From positions 1-31,247 of the forward strand of contig JAWXCN010000176.1 of assembly GCA_034408725.1 (NCBI GenBank): a DNA stretch of 31,247 nucleotides, given 5' to 3'. The notes under the pieces were generated by a model, which was not told where the DNA came from, did not search any database, and was given only the letters and a program-made list of their open reading frames with translations. Of the stretch, positions 26,210-31,247 are shown piece after piece. Within the stretch, counting starts at the first letter, position 1. Every line of letters starts with the position of its first letter. The position numbers and the translations under genes were made by a program. The DNA is from Candidatus Hydrogenedentota bacterium (lineage in GTDB: Bacteria > Hydrogenedentota > Hydrogenedentia > Hydrogenedentales > SLHB01).

Positions 26210-27493
26210 CTAGGCGAGTGCGGAACGTCCCTGTTCCGAACCATGGCCGCCCTTATAGTCCTCGTGCTCGTAAACGAGAAATGGTTCTTCGCCATTGCGT
26301 ATTACGCCGGGCGTGATGATACATTCCCTTACGTCTTTTCGGGACGGTATATCAAACATAATATTGAGCATGGCCTCTTCGAGGATGTTGCGAAGCCCGC
26401 GCGCGCCGGTTTCCTTCTGGATCGCGAGATCGGCTATCGCCTCAATGGTCTCTTCCTTGAAGTGCAGCTTTACATTTTCGAGTTCAAACAGCTTTTGATA
26501 TTGCCGGAGAATCGCATTCCGCGGCTCGACAAGCACCCTCACCAAATCTCCCCTGTCAAGTTCGTTGAGCGTCGCAATAATCGGCAGGCGCCCGGTGAAC
26601 TCCGGGATCATGCCGAATTTGATCAGGTCTTCCGGCTCGACCAATTCGAGGTACTCACCCACCTTGCGGTCTTTCCGGCTCTGGATTTCGGCGTTGAATC
26701 CGATCACCATCTTGCGGGTGCGCTTCTCGATGATTTTTTCGAGACCGTTATATGCGCCGCCGCAGATAAAGAGAATGTTGGTGGTGTCAATTTGAATGCA
26801 CTCTTGCTGCGGGTGTTTGCGGCCACCTTGCGGGGGTACGTTAGCCACCGTTCCTTCAAGAAGTTTTAACAGGGCCTGTTGAACACCCTCGCCTGAAACA
26901 TCCCGTGTAATGGATGGGCTATCACTTTTCCGGGCAATCTTGTCGATTTCATCGACGTAAATGATACCGGTCTCGGCGCGGGTCTGGTCGAAATCAGCTG
27001 ATTGCAGTAATTTTAAGATTACGTTTTCGACATCGTCTCCCACGTAACCTGCCTCGGTCAAAGTCGTCGCATCCACCACGGCAAATGGTACGTCAAGCAG
27101 CTTCGCCAGACTTTGCGCGAGCAACGTCTTTCCGCAACCAGACGGACCGATGAGGAGGACGTTAGACTTTTGAATTTCGACTCCGTCAATCTCACCACCC
27201 GACGCAATTCGCTTGTAGTGGTTATGGACAGAGACGGAGAGGATGCGCTTGGCGCGATCTTGACCGATGACGTACTGGTCGAGGAAATCTTTGATTTCGG
27301 CGGGCTTTGGTACTCGAAGGTTGCGAGAGACCCCTTTCCGGGCACGGTCTTCTGCGACAATCTCACTGCACAGGTTCACACATTCATCGCAGATATTAAC
27401 ATCTGGGCCTGCAATGAGCTTGCTGACTTCATCGTGGCGCTTGCCACAGAAGGAGCAGGTATGCACATCGCCACGGCTACGCTGAGGGGCCAT
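26210..27493 (-). CDS. clpX: ATP-dependent Clp protease ATP-binding subunit ClpX
   Basis: CSFC...CDEC zinc finger, [12 protein letters not shown] pore loop, RKH and IGF loop. Confidence 0.98.
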   Translation of the reverse strand: MAPQRSRGDVHTCSFCGKRHDEVSKLIAGPDVNICDECVNLCSEIVAEDRARKGVSRNLRVPKPAEIKDFLDQYVIGQDRAKRILSVSVHNHYKRIASGGEIDGVEIQKSNVLLIGPSGCGKTLLAQSLAKLLDVPFAVVDATTLTEAGYVGDDVENVILKLLQSADFDQTRAETGIIYVDEIDKIARKSDSPSITRDVSGEGVQQALLKLLEGTVANVPPQGGRKHPQQECIQIDTTNILFICGGAYNGLEKIIEKRTRKMVIGFNAEIQSRKDRKVGEYLELVEPEDLIKFGMIPEFTGRLPIIATLNELDRGDLVRVLVEPRNAILRQYQKLFELENVKLHFKEETIEAIADLAIQKETGARGLRNILEEAMLNIMFDIPSRKDVRECIITPGVIRNGEEPFLVYEHEDYKGGHGSEQGRSALA

Positions 27494-27528
27494 ACTATCC
27501 TCCCTTACGAACGGCCACGTTCGAGGAT

Positions 27529-27558
27529 TTTATAGCAGTTTAAGGGCTTGCTTGTCAA
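27529..27558 (-). promoter_or_regulatory. Internal sigma70 promoter for clpX
   Basis: TTGACA-18nt-TATAAA with an extended TG; AAGGGAGG SD at 27499-27506. Confidence 0.65.
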
Positions 27559-27701
27559 CAATTTTCTCATCCGCGGGGTTCCCAGTGCCGCAGTCCACCC
27601 TTATTGTGCCTTCCTTCTAACGTTCCGCGCAAGTAATACACGGGAAAACGATTACTCTATAAACCTTCTATCCGCCATCCAGAGGTACAAGTTCCCGCCG
27701 T

Positions 27702-28307
27702 CTAGCGTTTCAAGACTTCATCTACAATGCCATAAGCACGGGCTTCTTCGGCTCCCATGAAGAAATCACGGTCGCTGTCGCGCCGAATGACTGCAATGGC
27801 CTGACCGGTGTGCCGCACGAGTATTTCATCCATCATCTCACCAATGCGCACAATTTCCCGGGCCTGGATTTCGATGTCGGATGCCTGGCCCTGGATGCCG
27901 CCCATGGGCTGATGTAGCAAGAACCGTGAATACGGAAGCGCAAACCGCTTGCCCTTCGACCCGGATGCCATGAGCACTGCGCCCATGCTTGCGGCCTGGC
28001 CGAGACAAATGGTTGAAATGTCCGGCTTGATGTATTGCATCGTGTCGTAAATCGCCAAGCCCGCGGTCACACTGCCGCCAGGTGAATTGATATAGAGCTG
28101 AATGTCTTTGTCGGGGTCTTCGGCTTCAAGGAACAGCATCTGGGCGATGATGTAGTTCGAGACGTAATCATCGATAGGCATCCCCAGAAAAATGATGCGG
28201 TCGGCCAGGAGGCGTGAGTAGATGTCGTAGGGGCGTTCGCCACGGCTGGTCTGTTCATAAATGGTGACCGCCTGGACTACGTCCATCGGGTTACGCATGT
28301 GCATCAT
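27702..28307 (-). CDS. clpP: Clp protease proteolytic subunit ClpP
   Basis: [15 protein letters not shown] and catalytic triad motifs AASMG, HQP and DRD. ATG 28307 has a GAGGAG SD 7 nt upstream and overlaps the end of tig. Confidence 0.97.
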   Translation of the reverse strand: MMHMRNPMDVVQAVTIYEQTSRGERPYDIYSRLLADRIIFLGMPIDDYVSNYIIAQMLFLEAEDPDKDIQLYINSPGGSVTAGLAIYDTMQYIKPDISTICLGQAASMGAVLMASGSKGKRFALPYSRFLLHQPMGGIQGQASDIEIQAREIVRIGEMMDEILVRHTGQAIAVIRRDSDRDFFMGAEEARAYGIVDEVLKR

Positions 28308-29856
28308 TGGCTTGCTCCTCGAGCTCATCCTGCGCCACTTCTTTGTCAGTTACATTGGCGTTATCCATGACGAGTTTAATCGCCTTCTCGCGGAAGATGC
28401 GGCCTTCGTATGTGCCACGCCGCTGGGATTCCTCGGACATGTACTGGCTAACCATATCGGCCTGGACGCCCATGCGCGTCGCAATGTCCTCAGCCATCAT
28501 TTCAAAGTCTTCGTCGGTGACGGTAATGCCTTCGGCGTCGCCGATCTCGTTGAGTGCTACCGTGCGTTTGATCTCGATAACGGCGTCGCCGTTTGCCTGC
28601 TCCAGCAGCCCGGCGGTCATCTGCTCGATCTGGTCAACGGGCACGCGCTGTTGAATCAGTTCGCGGACGCGGTCCTGGAGGAGACCCTTGGCGACATCCT
28701 CAATGAGCGACTTCGGAATCTCGAATTTGCTGTCTTCGATGACCTTATCCAACGCGCGCGACCGCGCAATGCTTTCGCTATGCCGCGACGAGTTATCCTG
28801 AAGCTGCGTCTTAATTCGTTCTTTCAGGCCCGCGATGTCTTCTGCGCCGACCTGTTTGGCAAAGGCATCGTCCAGTTCTGGAAGGTTGCGCCGCTTGATT
28901 TCCTTGACCGTAATTGCAAACGTCGCGGTTTTACCGCGAAGATCGGCGTTCGGGCCGTCTTCCGGGAGTTTCACCTCGACGTTGAGTTCAGCGCCGGTTT
29001 TCGCACCCTTGAGGGCGGTTTCAAACTCCGGAAAGAAACGTTTCGTCCCGAGGATATACGGGTAATTCTCGGCGCTCCCGCCGGGGAACTGTTCGCCGTC
29101 GACGACGCCATTGAAGTCAATGATGAGCTGATCGCCGTCTTTTGCTTTGACCTTCTCCGCGGTCTCGAAGGTAGCGTAGCGGCCCCGCAGGTCCTCCAAT
29201 GCCTCTTTGAGGTCCTTCGCTTCGACCGTTACGACGGGGCGTTCAACCTCGACACCACGGTATTTTCCCAATTCGACTTTCGGGGACACTTCAAATTTCA
29301 ATGTAAAGGAAAGCGCTTCTGACGGCGGAAGCTCGCGAAGCTCTTCCAACCCGTCGATGTCCGGCATTTTGATCGGATTGAGCTTCTGCTCCTTGATTAA
29401 TTTTTGAAACGCAGCGCCGATGAGCTTGCCGTCTGCTTCTGCCTTGACGTGCTTTGCGAATTTGCGCTCAATCAACTGGCGCGGTGCGCGGCCCCGGCGG
29501 AACCCAGGCACGTCCGCTCCAGTCCGTATTTCCTCGTACATCGAGTCGGCCTGCTTCGAGCGGTTCGCGGGTGGCACCGATACCTTTACTTCGTACGCGC
29601 ATTCGCCTTTGTAATCGACGGCGAACGTCGGGTCTTCGACGAACTCGAATTCCTCTTCACCATGCGTATGATCATGATCGTGATCGTGCGTGTGGTCATG
29701 GCCGTGATGATGATGATGTCCATGCTCGTGGTCATGATCATGGTCATGGGCGTGCGCATGATCGTGATCGTGGTCGTGCGCGTGTTCTTCCGCGGTCGCG
29801 GTCGCGGTTGCAGTCGTTTCCGCTGCGGCTTCTTCGGTCTTTTTCTTCTTCGCCAT
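28291..29856 (-). CDS. tig: Trigger factor with His-rich N-terminal extension
   Basis: Ribosome-binding signature [12 protein letters not shown]-like domain ([14 protein letters not shown]) and [10 protein letters not shown]; tig-clpP-clpX-lon order. Confidence 0.96.
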   Translation of the reverse strand: MAKKKKTEEAAAETTATATATAEEHAHDHDHDHAHAHDHDHDHEHGHHHHHGHDHTHDHDHDHTHGEEEFEFVEDPTFAVDYKGECAYEVKVSVPPANRSKQADSMYEEIRTGADVPGFRRGRAPRQLIERKFAKHVKAEADGKLIGAAFQKLIKEQKLNPIKMPDIDGLEELRELPPSEALSFTLKFEVSPKVELGKYRGVEVERPVVTVEAKDLKEALEDLRGRYATFETAEKVKAKDGDQLIIDFNGVVDGEQFPGGSAENYPYILGTKRFFPEFETALKGAKTGAELNVEVKLPEDGPNADLRGKTATFAITVKEIKRRNLPELDDAFAKQVGAEDIAGLKERIKTQLQDNSSRHSESIARSRALDKVIEDSKFEIPKSLIEDVAKGLLQDRVRELIQQRVPVDQIEQMTAGLLEQANGDAVIEIKRTVALNEIGDAEGITVTDEDFEMMAEDIATRMGVQADMVSQYMSEESQRRGTYEGRIFREKAIKLVMDNANVTDKEVAQDELEEQANDAHA

Positions 29857-29878
29857 GGATAGTCTATCGCTTCACGGT

Positions 29879-29963
29879 TGGTGGGCGAGGCGGGAGTTGA
29901 ACCCGCACATCTTGCGATACTGGATCCTAAATCCAGCGCGTCTGCCAGTTCCGCCACTCGCCC
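29879..29963 (-). tRNA. tRNA-Leu (anticodon TAG)
   Basis: GGGCGAG/CTCGCCC acceptor stem plus ACCA; anticodon arm CTGGA-TTTAGGA-TCCAG; long variable arm; T-loop GTTCAAC; 85 nt. Confidence 0.97.
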
Positions 29964-30232
29964 GGAACGCGGTCTTGCAAAGCCCTACGCGCATTCCGTT
30001 ATATTCAGACCAGTAACAACACAATGGCCACGGAATGGAATTCCCGCAGCCCAAGTACCTGTACGATAGCACGCAAATCGCAGCGAAGTCAAAGCTGCAC
30101 GGCAGGATAGACTCCATGGGCAGCGTCTGCTTGGCCGAGGTTGCGTGGCGCGTTGGGCTATGCATCAGCAGCGGCGAGAAAGTCCTAGCGTGGGGTGCAG
30201 CAGTGGAGTTTGTTTCTTGGACGAAAAGTCCT

Positions 30233-30377
30233 GTAGCGCCCGGTTCCAGGCCGGGCGGTGTTCCATGTAGCGATGAATTCCGATTCGGCGCAGGAGGGCA
30301 ATGTAAACCACGGAGACACGGAGCACACGGAGAGAGAGGAAGACAGGAAGCGTAGCGCCAGGTTTCCATGCCGGACG
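30233..30377 (+). repeat. Two GTAG-footed REP-like hairpins flanking a (CACGGAG)x3 tandem
   Basis: GTAG-CGCCCGG-TTCCAGG-CCGGGCG (30233-30257) and the degenerate GTAG-CGCCAGG-TTTCCATG-CCGGACG (30352-30377); CACGGAG at 30309, 30317 and 30326. Confidence 0.6.
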
Positions 30378-30565
30378 AAACTTGCGGTAAAATTCTGCCA
30401 ATAATCACGCCCGCTATAAAAGGCGCGACGCAACAAGATGCGGCATTTGGTTTATCTCCACGGGCATTGGTTTTTGGATGCAACGATTCAAGATTTCGTC
30501 AACTGTTCGGCCCAAGACATTATGATCAAAAATGCCGCACTTTCGATCCCGGCGTGGTGATCGTC

Positions 30566-30670
30566 GGAAAGCTGATCACGTGTGGTGTATGTGTACGTCG
30601 TGTCGAAGCCATGATAATCGTCCTTCAACGTGACCCGTCCGATGTCATCTTATTCATAATCCAGCGTGGC
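30566..30670 (-). pseudogene. RHS/YD-repeat protein remnant
   Basis: Translates ATLDYE*DDIGRVTLKDDYHGFDTTYTYTTRDQLS, with TAA (30650-30652) at the Tyr of the YD motif. Confidence 0.6.
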
Positions 30671-30701
30671 AGGTCGTAGTTCGTACGCTCAACTGTAAAA
30701 A

Positions 30702-31080
30702 GGGGGCTGTCACCGGTTCTTACTCTTGTGTCTTTACTTATTTGCCCAGCGTGTTGCAGTCGGAAAGCACAGAGGAAGGGGGGTGTCGGAATTTTTTTTT
30801 GACGAAACAAGGGGGTCAGTGATGTCGGGAGCTCGGGTCCGCGGAACGTCATTGTTCCGCCGGATGGACGATTGGGCCCAAGGGCTGGGGGGGCGTAAGT
30901 AGTTGGTTTTGGCATGGCGAGGTTGTTGGTTGAAGGGTATTCCTATATAGATAGGGCGAGGGCGTTGCACTGCGGGTAGGGTCGTAACGATGCGGGGTTT
31001 AGTTGGTGGCTCTCCCCGGTTGTTCGAGAATACTGGTAACAGCTGGGAGACTCGAAATAGGTGGCTGTCCCCTATTGTTC
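30702..31080. repeat. Three copies of the GGKGGCTSTCMCC repeat core
   Basis: GGGGGCTGTCACC at 30702, GGTGGCTCTCCCC at 31005 and GGTGGCTGTCCCC at 31060 (within the AATAGG...CCTATT palindrome, 31056-31076). Confidence 0.6.
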
Positions 31081-31117
31081 CCGGCTCCGCCGCCTCTGAT
31101 CATTGTACTAATGATCG

Positions 31118-31246
31118 CTATATCTGAGAATCATTAAGTAATTCGGGGTTTGTCCAAACAAATTCGTAAAGCAAATTGTAGGGAATAGAATTCCCGGCGA
31201 TTCGCATCCTCCAGAGTGATTCATTGAAATTTATCGACTGGATAAT
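31118..31246 (-). CDS. 3' end of an AT-rich hypothetical gene entering from the right edge
   Basis: Open frame IIQSINFNESLWRMRIAGNSIPYNLLYEFVWTNPELLNDSQI*; only 42 codons are visible. Confidence 0.4.
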   Translation of the reverse strand: MIQSINFNESLWRMRIAGNSIPYNLLYEFVWTNPELLNDSQI

Positions 31247-31247
31247 A

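Noticed and set aside
28261-29322. 353-aa + strand ORF, and similar long antisense ORFs at 13853-14782, 18171-18860, 23962-25732 and 26243-26869
   Set aside because: They lie wholly antisense to well-supported genes, as expected for shadow frames in GC-rich DNA, and show no motifs.
29879-29963. tRNA-Leu as the integration site of the right-hand accessory region
   Set aside because: The accessory DNA lies on the tRNA 5' side, and there is no integrase or duplicated tRNA 3' end in the window.
30175-30385. RNase P-like GAAAGTCC and hammerhead-like GGACGAAAC
   Set aside because: No RNase P 3' P4 partner and no CTGATGA hammerhead core are present.
29872-30970. ORF-track frames of 60-203 aa around and upstream of the tRNA
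   Set aside because: They overlap the tRNA or repeats and lack SDs and recognisable motifs, so they are likely spurious.
31005-31080. Mini CRISPR array (two repeats 55 nt apart)
   Set aside because: Only two imperfect copies, no cas genes, and the same core occurs dispersed elsewhere, which fits REP-like repeats better.

Overview
Bacterial chromosomal window from a moderately GC-rich diderm. The gene style is reminiscent of Planctomycetota or Ca. Hydrogenedentota, which is inference only. Left to right: (1) the start of an exported protein at the window edge; (2) a 1418-aa membrane Ser/Thr kinase with WD40 repeats and a PDZ-like tail; (3) a + strand cluster of a TylF-type O-methyltransferase, RidA, a BrxA/B bacilliredoxin and a DUF423 protein; (4) a - strand type II secretion-like locus, E-F-G-H-I-J-K-L(PilM/N-like)-M-C-D, with no prepilin peptidase in the window; (5) an ECF sigma/TPR anti-sigma pair and two hypothetical genes; (6) the housekeeping run tRNA-Leu(TAG)-tig-clpP-clpX-lon-engB; (7) a repeat-rich accessory end containing a decayed RHS/YD-repeat fragment. 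The most unusual observations are: a secretin ending in an ExbD/TolR-like domain; a GspM/PilO-like protein fused to a CBM4/9-like domain; GspC-type PDZ-like modules on the kinase while the GspC-like gene has none; a trigger factor with a 23-His N-terminal tract; a promoter-leader-terminator unit before the methyltransferase; and a dispersed GGGACWGYCACC-type palindromic repeat family. All domain calls were made by eye from motifs; no searches were run.
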